NCBI RefSeq assembly: GCF_963676685.1
Contig: NC_092351.1
Span: forward strand, 61,008,001-61,072,000
Source of the DNA: Mytilus edulis
Lineage: Eukaryota
DNA: 64,000 bases
Direction of reading: 5' to 3'
The notes beneath the pieces were generated by a model. The model saw only the letters and a program-made list of their open reading frames with translations. It made no database searches and was not told the origin of the DNA. The translations under genes were made by a program, and so were the position numbers. Below are positions 24,601-36,100 of this stretch, in pieces (positions within the stretch are counted from its first letter, which is position 1; every line of letters starts with the position of its first letter).

Positions 24601-25697
24601 TAGAAGAGTAAGCTCAAAAGACTCTGCGTCTGTAACGGGTTGGGCTAGAGATAATCCATGTAGATAGTGAAGTCCCTGTCCCTTTTGCCAAAATCCTTCT
24701 TTACACTTGCTACAAAATTTGCGGTGTGATTAGCTGTCGACGATTGATACATGTATTCATTATGTCCTGATTCCTAAATTGAAAGTTCTCTGCAAATAGC
24801 GTCTTGTAGTTTCTGTTTTCTCCAATCATCACTTCCGTTTTCCCGTGTAATATTTTTTCAGAAATCTTGTGGCAATTTCCCTTGAATAACTGGAATCAGT
24901 AATGAACCAATCATTTCTTCGCATTGTCCTAATGATCATAGACCTCTGATGTATGCCTCGGACTTATCGTGAAATGCTCTTAAACTCTCTAAACGCTCAT
25001 CAGGCACCGGCATATCCAAAAGTGATCTCATATATGCATTGATTATCTTGTGGGTTTGACCATAACGATTCTTTAAAAGTTCAATAGCCTTGTAGTAATT
25101 TGGGTTGGTCATGGTGAGGCCTGAAACTACGTGTGCGGCATCTGATTGCAATAAGAACTTCAAATATGAAATTTTCTGAATGTCGGATAGTGTACTGTTA
25201 TGATGAATTGTCGATTCAAATGAATCGTCGAAATATTGCCATTCTAATATATCTCCGCTAAAATTTGGTAGCGTTTACTTGGGTAGGCGATGATTTTGGC
25301 TTGAGGTTGAACTTGTTTGTGATAGCTCCCGACTGGAATGCGTAAATGGGTTTGAATGTGGTATAAACTCTTGTACATTGCTATCTAGAATTGAAGAAGT
25401 GGCGATGGCGACGGGTTGCAAGAACTTTTAGTATTTTCTAATTTTACTTTCTAACTCTAAATAGTACTCATCTGTTTCTATAATTTCATCAGTAATTTCC
25501 TCCGAGTCCACTGTATTTAAAATCTGCTCGTCTATATTGGCTAAAGTTTTCTTTTTCTTTTTAACTGCCCCCAATAATGTACATATTTCTTCCGGGTCTA
25601 AAGGCGTATCAACGATGGCGTCCTCCAGTTTGTTAAAAACTTTCGTCACCGCTGCTCTGTTTCCCGCTCTCAACGATTTCAATCTGCTTATGTCCAT
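21669..25697 (-). pseudogene. Frameshifted BEL/Pao gag-pol polyprotein
   Basis: Collinear ORF fragments 25428-25697, 24936-25163, 23536-24573, 23119-23493, 22674-22904, 22188-22670, 21919-22146 and 21669-21959, broken by stops, frameshifts and deletions. Confidence 0.9.
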
Positions 25698-25713
25698 TCT
25701 CTCTCTCTCCGTT

Positions 25714-25726
25714 AGTCACGGCACCA
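25714..25726 (-). other. Primer-binding site complementary to the tRNA-His 3' end
   Basis: TGGTGCCGTGACT on the - strand, 1 nt from the 5' LTR; eukaryotic tRNA-His ends ...AGTCACGGCACCA. Confidence 0.8.
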
Positions 25727-25727
25727 A

Positions 25728-25922
25728 TGTTGAGTTTTGAGTGTGTTAGTACTTCACGTTGTGTTCGATTAGGACTCGCAATAAAATACAAGAAAGTGTA
25801 TGGTTCAATATTCACCCAAAAGAAACAAGAATCATAAGTATAATATCTATGGTAACGCGACGTCACATTGTTAGTGGCGACGGCACACAAACGAACGCAT
25901 AACGTTCCCGCAATCCTCGACA
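25728..25922 (-). repeat. 5' LTR (195 bp)
   Basis: TG...CA ends, adjacent to the PBS and followed by the ATTAT TSD. Confidence 0.9.
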
Positions 25923-26349
25923 ATTATTATCCCAGTCCAAGTTTTCAAACAGTTAAAATTAGCCAAAAACTAATCCACTTTTTTTCTAAATTAAAATTGT
26001 TCACAAGAGCTAAATAAAATTGGTCAAATTTATATTAAATATAAGTATACTAGTCCAAGTGTTCTAACAGCTTAAATCATGTTAATTGAAAACAAAGTCT
26101 TCAATTTACCGATTTAAATTGAAATAGACAAAAACTAATCCCATCTTTTTTTCTAAATTAAGATTGTTCACAACAAGAGCTAAATAAAAATGCGTCAAAT
26201 AAAAAAAATCTTTAATCTCCTTTGACTGAATTCGCTTAGGTTGCCACGTGACAGTTCTTACGAGAGTTCACGTGGTTAAGGATACTGCATATCGAGAAGG
26301 AATTGGCAAAAAGAGAACGGGAAGATGATAAAGCAATAGCATTACATGT

Positions 26350-26926
26350 CTGGGGCCGTGCTAATGAAAGTATCCTAGAATATGTCATGAGACATGTCTA
26401 AGAACATTATTTAGGATGGTCTTATGACGTGTCGGAGACATGTCTTAGGATGTAACACAAAGCTTATGATAATCCTAACTACGACGGCCTTAAGGCCATC
26501 CTAACACATTGGTTTAATTGAAACAAAATATGTAGAGAAGCCAATGACATATATTTTATTGTATTTCACTATATATGTGAGAAGGTGAGGTAGGATGACT
26601 CTTTCTAGAAAACAATTTACTAAAAACAAAGTTGGAACATAATACTAGAAGATACGTTATTAAACAAGATAAAAACAAATGAATTTCATACGACAACAGA
26701 ACTAAAAAGTCGTACAACATAGGTAAATGAGATATTCGTGCTGCAATCCTAACTACGATGGTCTTAGCCTAGAACCATCCTAACACATTTGTGTAAGTGA
26801 AAAAAAATATGTAGAGAAGCCAATGGCATATATTTAATTGTATTTCACTATGTATGTGAGAAAGTGAGGGCGGTTGACTCTTTATGGAAAACATATCCTA
26901 TGATACTTTCATTGACACGGCCCCAG
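26350..26926. mobile_element. MITE with ~25-bp TIRs and an internal duplication
   Basis: ctggggccgtgctaatgaaagtatc ... gatactttcattgacacggccccag; internal direct repeat 26471-26615 vs 26746-26893. No TSD seen. Confidence 0.6.
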
Positions 26927-27197
26927 AAAATTGGTCTATGTTGTGTCATATGTTCTATTGTGTGTCTGTTTGTCTGCTTTCATTTATAGCCAGGCGTTGT
27001 CAGTTTATTTTCGATTTATGATTTTGACTGTCCGTCTGGTATCTTTCGTCCCTCTTTAATGTTAGTACGTAAATTATTTTTTTCCTTTGGGTCCACTCGA
27101 TTTCATTACATATATTGAATAAGGATAAAAAGTATTTTTTCAAAATCTAGATTAACATTACACCGTTAAGTCTGGTGCAAAAAATTGTATGCCATAT

Positions 27198-28447
27198 TTA
27201 GGTCTTTCCACTTTTCTGTGGAAAGACCTATTGTTATTCAATTGATTATAAGGTCTTTCCACTTTTCTGTGGAAAGACCTATTGTTTTTCTTTTGATTAT
27301 TATTTTTTTTTTCTTCTTCCAACACTTTTTTCTGACGGTGCTTTTTTGTTTCGCAAGATGTTGCTGAGATTTTTTGCGTATGATATCGAACAGTTATTGC
27401 GCTTTTGAAACTGACACTGTTAAGCCAAACACTTTTTATTGTAAGAGTTATCTCCCCAAACACTGTTTTTCTTTTTACAAATCTCCTTCGTAACCGTTAG
27501 AGATTACGACAAAATTATTTCACCAATTTGCTCGTTATATCCTATGGATCTTTAAAATAGTTTTGTGCCAAGCGGTCCGGACATTCCATATGAGAGTTAT
27601 TTCATCTTCTGTATTTAAAATAGGTAAAATGCAATTGTAATTGGTAAACCATAAGTGATAGAGACCTAGGTTCTTTTGATTTGAGGTCCTTGGTCCAAAA
27701 AAAAAGAAAATAGGGTCAAGGTCAAAGGTCAAGGTCATTTCTATATTTAGATTTTGGCTTATTTTCACCTATTTTCAAACACGATATAAGATATCGACAA
27801 CATATTTTTACTTAATTGTTAGTTGCAACATGTCGTAACACATACATATTGGTTTAAAGGTTACGCTTACTTCAAATTAGAGTTTTCTCCCCTCTTTTAT
27901 TTAAAAATATGCATATGGTGATATAACTCATGAACTAAAAATAATCAAGATCTAGGGTCTTTTGATTCGAGGTCCTTGGTTGATGACCTTGAAATTGAGC
28001 TCAAGGTTATAGGTTAAATTGACGTTCTAGATTTCGACCTTTGCTTTTACCTCATATGTATACATGATAAAGACATGGGCCTTTTTGCATTAGGTTTCAA
28101 GCCATTTAACCTTGGAAAAGCCAACCGGAAGTGGCCTTGTGTAAACCAGAAGTAGCTATTTTTTGTACTTTATAAATATAAAAGTATATAAAACGAGATA
28201 TTTTTGGAATCAGTGTCAAGTAAACTTTTAAATAATACCAGAAGAAACATTTTTCAACCCGGAAGTAACAAATTATCTCCATCATTTAAAAAATATTTCA
28301 TAGAAACCATATATTTTTGGAATAAGCGTTCAATAAGCTATCATTTGACGATGGAAATTACATTTTAACCCGAATTTTACTACTTTCATATCAAAATACA
28401 TGGTTTTTGGTGGAGAGACCTTCAATTGTTCTCTGAACAATTGGTTT
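27198..28447 (+). mobile_element. HINE/DINE-1-like (Helentron-associated) non-autonomous element
   Basis: 5' hairpin aggtctttccac-N6-gtggaaagacct (duplicated), 3' subTIR gtggagagacct followed by the stem-loop caattgttc-tct-gaacaattg, T-rich ends. Confidence 0.6.
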
Positions 28448-31400
28448 TTAATTGTTGTTTTTATTTCGTTTAAGGATATCGTAACTTTTATGACTATCCT
28501 AAGACACTTATTTATATATCCTAACTTTAGGACCAAACCTGACAAAAGGCGTCCTAAGAAATGTCCTTGTCCTAGAACAGCTTCGTTGACACGGCCGCTG
28601 AAGTTTTTGATAACATAAAGTATTTTTTCATTTACGAAACGTCAATGTTCACTTGTTAATAGTAAAAAACTAACAAAGAACATATAATATAGTCAACTTA
28701 TTCATTTTGTGTTTTTGTTTTTATAAATTTGAACTTGTATGTACAATTTCTATCTAATATAATAATTTTCAAGATAACAATTAAAAACTGCAAATGTCAT
28801 TAGAATAACAAAATTAACAGCAAACCATCAACGGGTTGTCTGATACGCTTGAAAATGTCAGGGCAGTTGAACAATTTTACTCCGTCAGATTTGCTCTAAA
28901 TGCTTTGATTTTTGATATATACGCCACAATCTACATTTTACCCCCTGGGTTCTATTTTAGCAATGGCGGCCATATTGGTAGGCGGGACATTTTTTTAAAC
29001 TAGATATCCTAGTGATCGATGATTGTGACCAAGTTTGGTTGAATTTGGCCAAGTTGTTTCAGAGGAGAGGATTTTTGTAAAACTTAATAGATGACGTCGG
29101 ACGATAGACGCCAAGTTATGAAAAAGCTCATTTTGTCTTTTGGGCCATTTGAGCTAAAAAAAAAAAAAAAAAAAAAAGACCTGTTTTCCTGCCCCCACCC
29201 CATCCTCCTAATCATGACTTTTACCTATGTTACCACTAAAATGAACGTACATACTAAGACTTTTTCACTTTTTATTTTCATCTTTACATTTACTTTTATG
29301 TTTAAATGTTGCCATTTATAAAACAAAACTTTATGACAAAAGAGATGATATCTCCCAATTGATACGATATTCCCGTGCTTGCATTTCCTATCATGATTTT
29401 CTTGATAAATGGTTGCTGCTCACAAGGAAGCTATTAAACCAAGAGTTCAAAATGGTGAAGTTGAAATCATCCCTTCGTAAATTTCAGTTTATTTAAGATT
29501 TACGAGTTTGACTGTCCTTTTGGTATCTTTCGTCCCTCTTTTATATCGGAACTTTACATTTTACATGTAGTTTCCCTAAATGCCTTCTTATAGTTTGAAA
29601 TATACTGAATGGGTAGTCACCAATGTCTATAACACCCCCATGTGTAGTTTTTTTTTATAATAGAATTCATTATCTAAAGCTGGTTCTCTCCCTTGTAACA
29701 TACGAGTAACTCGGATACCTTGTTGTGTAATATCTGTCAGAGTCAAACAGATACAGAAGAGGGAATCAGTTTACCATGATCGTTCTACTTCTTTCATGAA
29801 TAATTCATTATGTGTTTTAAAAAAATCTTTAGAATTCTATATCTTTGTCACAGTTCATAGACAAAAAGACCGTGGAATTATAATTTGACTTTATTATGTA
29901 ATCTTATTATATATAGTATGTCTGAAATTTTCTTTTTGAACATAAAAGAACTGTTTGCATTCAATGAAACAATGATGTGCTAGATCTTACATTCATGCTA
30001 TTAAGTAGAGTTCTATGCATGATGGGTTTAAGAATAGAATCAGCCGGTGCATTCCACAAATAGTTCCTGCGATAAATATTCAGTAAGATCGAATATTCAT
30101 TATCAGTGCTACATGTCACAATGTGTAAAAGTATGGCCTTCAACACTAATCCTTGGTTCCCAACGAACAGCAAGCTATAAAAAAAACCAAAATGACTAGT
30201 GTAAAACCATTCAAACGGGAAAAACAACAGTCTAATCTATACACTTATGAACCACATCAACAAACGACAACCACTGATCATCAGGTTCCTGACTTAGGAC
30301 AGGTTCAAACAAAAATTTGTTTTACCATATGTAATAGGTACCAACCTTCACCCTTACCTGAAACAATAGTGTGACATCACAAACAGAGAAAGCCACACTA
30401 TAAAATATAAATTAAAATGTTTTAACCCAATCAAAACACATATTAAAAAAACAAGTAAAAGTACACGGAAGAAATAGATTTGATCTACGACACAATGTAA
30501 ATGTTTATATAATAACAAAGAGACATCTACATGTAACGTTATTACAATAGAGGTTTAAATATTGATGCTATAATATACAAAACAGTGTGTACCATTATTT
30601 CACAGATATGCAGTTTTAGTTTGTAGGAAATGCCATACAACAATCCAGTGGGAAATCTAATGAAAACCAATAAAAGAAAATTACATCTTTTTATAATAGA
30701 GTCGAGAAAACCAAAAAATAACAATGCCGATGATGACACTGATCAAAAGATATTTCTAAATAACAATTGTATATGTTAAAGGTTTTTTTTAAATAAATAT
30801 AAAAAATACACAATGTCTTTTGTTCAGTATTTCATATCGAGATAATTGCATTAATTAAGAAGGTTGTGAAACTGGAATTTAATATATGACAATCTTTGCT
30901 GCAAATTGATAAAACAAAATTGGAAAAATCATGTACTGTTACAAGCAACATATGAAGATCTTTCGGTTATCTTTTTTAAAGTGTTCCACAAAGACCTTAG
31001 CATGTTACAATTTCCCGAAATATACTTTTTTTCACATTCTGAGTGTCCGAGTACACCGGTGACATGACAGTTCAATGTAGACAGTTTTCCATTCGGCAAT
31101 CCTCGATAGAATCCGCTGCTCTCAAGATGAGGGTACGAAATTGGCCGAGTTGAGACGAATGGAAAGTTTTCATGAATATAACAATTTACAAGTTTGAGCA
31201 TTCTAAAAAGCTATGCACTGCTTTGCTCTACACTAATTTAAGATTATATGTGTGCATGTGGTTGTTAAATTAGTATTGGAAATGTGGTATTTTTAGATAT
31301 TGATTGATATAAAATGGATGTACTTTAAGGGTGTGCGTTATACACCCATGCTTTAAAAAATTGAAAATTAAAACAATTATACAATTAGGCACAACTCTTG

Positions 31401-31867
31401 AGGTGTGCCTTTCTGGAGGTTTGCCTATATTGTCAGAAGTTATAAAATACAGATAATGCTTTTTTGTAAACATTGTATAGGAACATTGTTTAGCAAAGCA
31501 AATCGTGCAAATTGCAGAGTAACAAAGCAATTAAACTCGTATTAATAATTGCTGTATCTCAGCCTCATTATAATGCAACCAATCACAATCTATACGTGAT
31601 AAGTAATTTATTCAAGATGCACGGTGTGTATTTCGACTGAAACTAATAGCACCGCACCGTGATGCGAAGCAAAAAACGGTCTGCATGTTTCGGTTGAAAA
31701 ATTCAAGACAAGTATTCATTTGTACACAATGTTCATTTTTTTGTAATACTCCGACGGTGTGACGGTGTCTCCAAAAAATTTCAAGAATCGAATATTTTTT
31801 TTTAGTTTTCTTTTTTTAAAACACTCTCCCACTGTTATAAAATATTCTCACATCGAGGCTTATATTA

Positions 31868-32041
31868 TGTAGGACTCAAATCTATGGTGGGTTCCAAATC
31901 TATGGCAGATTCCTAATCTATGGCAAATGTGACGTCATGCCATCCCAAATCTATGGCAGATCTTTTTACAATCCTAATCTATGGCAAGTTTTGTAATTTC
32001 CTAATCTATGGCGGATTTTTGTTGTCTCTAAATCTATGGCA
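31868..32041 (+). repeat. Left TIR (31868-31935) and iteron array
   Basis: AATCTATGG at 31879, 31897, 31915, 31948, 31976, 32003 and 32031. Confidence 0.92.
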
Positions 32042-32549
32042 AATTGTGTGCAGATGGAAAACAATGCAGTACACTTACGACCAATCACTTGTCTTAAACA
32101 AGTAGAAATGTACGACAACGAGATCATGTCTATAAACATTTGTAAAATAAACACTCCATAATGGTCAACCCAAAAAAAATCGTAAATGATGCATTTATAT
32201 ATATCGCAGACATCAAGATTAAAATAATCTTCCCCGTAAAGAATAAACATGTTCTAATCTGTGCATGGTACCTGTTTAACTAAACCAACTATGGAGTCCC
32301 TTAGCAAAAAAGACGGCCATTTGTCATAAAAAATATATAGAACTGATTCCATTTCTAAAAGGGAAAATCCATTGTTTTCCCTTTTTACCTTTGTAAACCA
32401 ATTTTAGATTAATTTAAATCATTAAATGCCTTTTTAATGCTTTATTTCTAACTTAAGTATTAGATTTTTCATATTGGCTCAAGAATTTTAACAAATTTTA
32501 CAATATCTTGTAAATTTATTATGAAATGTTTCCTCCAATATACTATATA

Positions 32550-32871
32550 CTAGTCCATAGACAATTTCTAACAATTCACATAGCATAAAATTTGCTATCT
32601 GGTCGTTAGTCCAAAACTGGAGAAGTGACTTTTAATTGTTGTAAAAACACAACCTCAATAAAAACTTGATAAATACCAAATGTTTAATCCACAAATGTTT
32701 TGAATAGATATTTTGGTCTTTCGACCAAAAATAATGTTTTCAAACGATATTGTATTATTCTGGTCTATAGACCAAATATTCATGTCTTTTCTTATTCATA
32801 AAGAAAAACCAATCAAACAATTAAACCAATCTATAGTATGTTTGATACTCATAAACTGGTCTTTAAACCAA
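32550..32871. promoter_or_regulatory. Left cluster of 16-bp palindromes YTGGTC-N4-RACCAR (putative protein-binding sites)
   Basis: 32713 ttggtc-tttc-gaccaa, 32760 ctggtc-tata-gaccaa, 32856 ctggtc-ttta-aaccaa, 32599 ctggtc-gtta-gtccaa, and a degenerate copy at 32550. Confidence 0.65.
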
Positions 32872-33144
32872 AAAAAAAAAAGAAAAAGGAAAGAAGAAGA
32901 AAATGATTCGGTAGAATTTTTAGTATTTATTATCAAAGACAAAAGATCAATATCAACGAATGAGGCCAGATAATAAAAAAACACAAAACAAATATGACAA
33001 AAAGAAACATCTACGATTCACTGTCAATGTCATTCTAATAGCTTTATGTCTCTCACATGTTATTGATAAGTAACTACTAAGATATTTAGGAGAATAAAAC
33101 AACTTTTATTAATGAAATATTTCAAATGTGTTCGAAACTTGTAA

Positions 33145-36100
33145 TTACAACTGACAACTGTCTAAATAATATATAAGTTGGTTTGAAATAGAAGGATAAA
33201 TATGTGATGTAACAATTCTTTCCCAAAGACTTAGAAATATTTTGAGGTAAAATATCAACACTAAATGCAAATATTCGTCTATCAAAAAATACATGAACAA
33301 TGATTCTAAAAGAAAATATATCGCTAAGTATAATCTATGTTTTTGATAATAACTTTTAGTTTCACAAAAATAAATGTATGAAGAGTAAATTTTTCTGGTA
33401 ATTTCTTTCACATTCTTTTTCCTTTTCTTTCCTTGGCATGTTTTCTCTGAAATAGAAGAAACGATATATTTACATAATTTTGCTTAATGCATATTCATCT
33501 TTTTTTCTTCAGCTTTAAAGGAAGATATCAATATGAGGTTCAAAATGGTGATACTTTCGTGACTATTCACGAAAAAAAAATCAATTCAAATGAAAGAACA
33601 AAATATAAATCACATAATACCTTCTGATTCTTTTCTATTTCCTTTTGGTGTCCTTTTTTGTTGTTTTGGCTGTACTTGCACCTGAAATGTAAGAAATCAT
33701 ATACATTGTAGTTTGTATGAACAAATCACGTTTCTTAATAACATCGAATGCAGATTTTTAAATAATTAATATTTCAGTTAACATATAACAGAAGACGATG
33801 GCGAAAAACAATTGTCACATTTAGTAGCGTGATCGACTTCTTAACATTGCAATGATTTCCACAGAAACAAGTATTAAAATGTGTAGTGGGTCGCTCTAAA
33901 GTTGGAGCGATAGGACTGGTTTTTTTTTTTACTTTGCTCCATGTTGAAGGTTCACTGTCACTTTCGAATGAAAAACGTAGAGCGCTGTTCCTTTGATTTA
34001 AAACATTTCGTGACGTATAGTAATTTTGTGTCCTATATTGATAAACTATGTCTTATCTTTTAGTTTAATGAACTCTGGAAAGCATAATATACGGACAAAC
34101 TTATCACACAGACTTAAAGCATTATTTATATTGTGATGATATACCTTTTATACTTTTTTATTTCAATACAATGAAACTGGAGATTAAATTTATTAATATA
34201 TTAAATGAGAAATATGAAAACTTATATAGATAAGAACTAGACCGACTTACAAAACATTCCTCTCGCTCATTTTCCAATAATCTCCTTAGTTCTGCTGGAA
34301 TGTCTTGATCAACGGATGGTCCTTGTCTTTTCAATTGCTGTTTGGGTAACAAAGGTAAAATCCATTTTGCCTTTGATAGAACTTTTGTCCTTCTGTATGG
34401 CAAACTGTCTCTATTTTTTTCTAGATGTCCAAGAAATCCTCCCCACCACTTTTGCTCTGTATGTTCTATTTGATCGGTGAAAAGACATTGCCACTGTGGT
34501 ATTCTAGATTTGATCTTATTTATATCTATCTTCTCGAACAGAGGATTGATAACTTTTGGTATTCCCTTTGGTAAATTAGGTTTTCCGGAAATGAGTTGAA
34601 TAATGCCATGTTCAGTTTTCCATTCGCTGTCTTGGAAAGCTTTGTACTGCATTTTCACATTATTTGTTGCTAAATCCCGTATAAACTTATAATGCAAAGG
34701 TTTCGTATGCTTACGAATGTCGTTAAGGCTTGATGTTATCCATGAACGAATGTCATAAATAGCCTCTATATCCTTAACGTTCGGAAGCATCTCCTTCAGA
34801 CGAGGCATTGTTTCAGCATCATTTCTACGAAGAGTTTCAGCTATTCGACTAAAAGCGGCATCCACATCTTCGTGTGTATGTCCTACTGGTAAAAATGATA
34901 AATGCACCTGAAAAGAAAATTTCCTATTTGTAACAGTATAATAATAGGTGATTTAAATACGCTAACATGTAATGCTAGACTGAACTTACATTATAAGTGT
35001 GTAAAATGCCAAATTGATTCATAGTATGTCTTGTATTATAAGAGTTGACAATACCCTTCGTATTGAAAGGCAGGAAACTTCAAAATGTATATGAATAAAG
35101 AGCACGTGATATGCCCGTATTATTTTCAAAGAATGAAGTTCTAGTACTTCTAAATATCATGTTATAAATCTATAAAAAAAATAACCTTCAAGGGATGTTA
35201 TACTGATAGATATAAACCAGCCTACAAGGTTTCATGAAATCATTTTGAGTTTTTGTCCGAAAACTGACTAATCCCCCCCTCCTTTTATGACTAAAATTCC
35301 ACAACTCGGAACGATAATTGCCATAATATGCAACATCGATAGTATACTTCAATAAACACTTCACCAAAATATCATGAAAAATGTTCTACGCATTTGACAG
35401 TTATTATACGAAAACACTCGAAAAAGCCCCTTTTAAATGGATAAAATTCCTATAACTTGAACACTTTTAAAATCTATAATTTATAAAAATAGAAAGAAAC
35501 TCAGGTAGACAGATCTATATAAGGGAGCTACCATTTGATTTTAATGGGGGGGGGGGGGAGGGGGGGGGGGGCTAGGATGAAATTTGAAAACAATATGCAG
35601 GACAGTTTTGAGTAAAAAAATGAGACACTTGAAAAAAAAGTCAGGTCGACTATTTAGGTTAATAAAAGTCAGGATAAACTAAAAAAAAAAAGGCAGGACC
35701 AAACAGAGTGAAAAATAAAAAGGCAGGACAGAGATTACAGCTTAAAAAAAAATGCAGGACAACATTTTTCATCCTAAATAGTAATTTCTATTCAATATTA
35801 TAAGTGTCACTGGGAAAACAATTTCTAACTAAAATCGTAGAAGTATTTTACTTCCATGCTAAAACCTTATATTACAGGCATCATAACTTACATGATCAAC
35901 CAAAAGTCCCACAAAAAATTCCCAAAAAGGGGTCTTGTAAATGGATGTTTTACAGAGAGGCGTAGCAATAGCATGTATAAACTGTAATCAATGATACATG
36001 TGTGCAATTTCAGAGGTAATTATATTGATAGGCAATAATTAATGTGTCAATTGATCATATATTTTCATTGTCTGGTAAGATACAATGTATACAATGTATG

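Larger units (their letters stand above)
21338..25922 (-). mobile_element. BEL/Pao LTR retrotransposon, decayed and internally deleted (4585 bp)
   Basis: TG..CA LTRs at both ends, ATTAT 5-bp TSD, PBS, and gag-pol fragments with Pao RT (ADIEKAFLHI, YRFKVVLFGA, NLYVD), Pao RNase H-like region (TKREVL..FDPLGL) and integrase (TRAVHLE, SDNANTF, WKFIPNRAPW). Confidence 0.93.

Noticed and set aside
30929-31201. ORF with faint BIR-like spacing (HLESSGFY...C...SGNC)
   Set aside because: Zinc ligands and the conserved Trp/Arg are missing and no supporting exons were found; needs an HMM search.
33145-33380. Hydrophobic C-terminal tail of the transposase as a membrane segment
   Set aside because: Looks like AT-rich UTR read-through; the true stop or last splice is uncertain.
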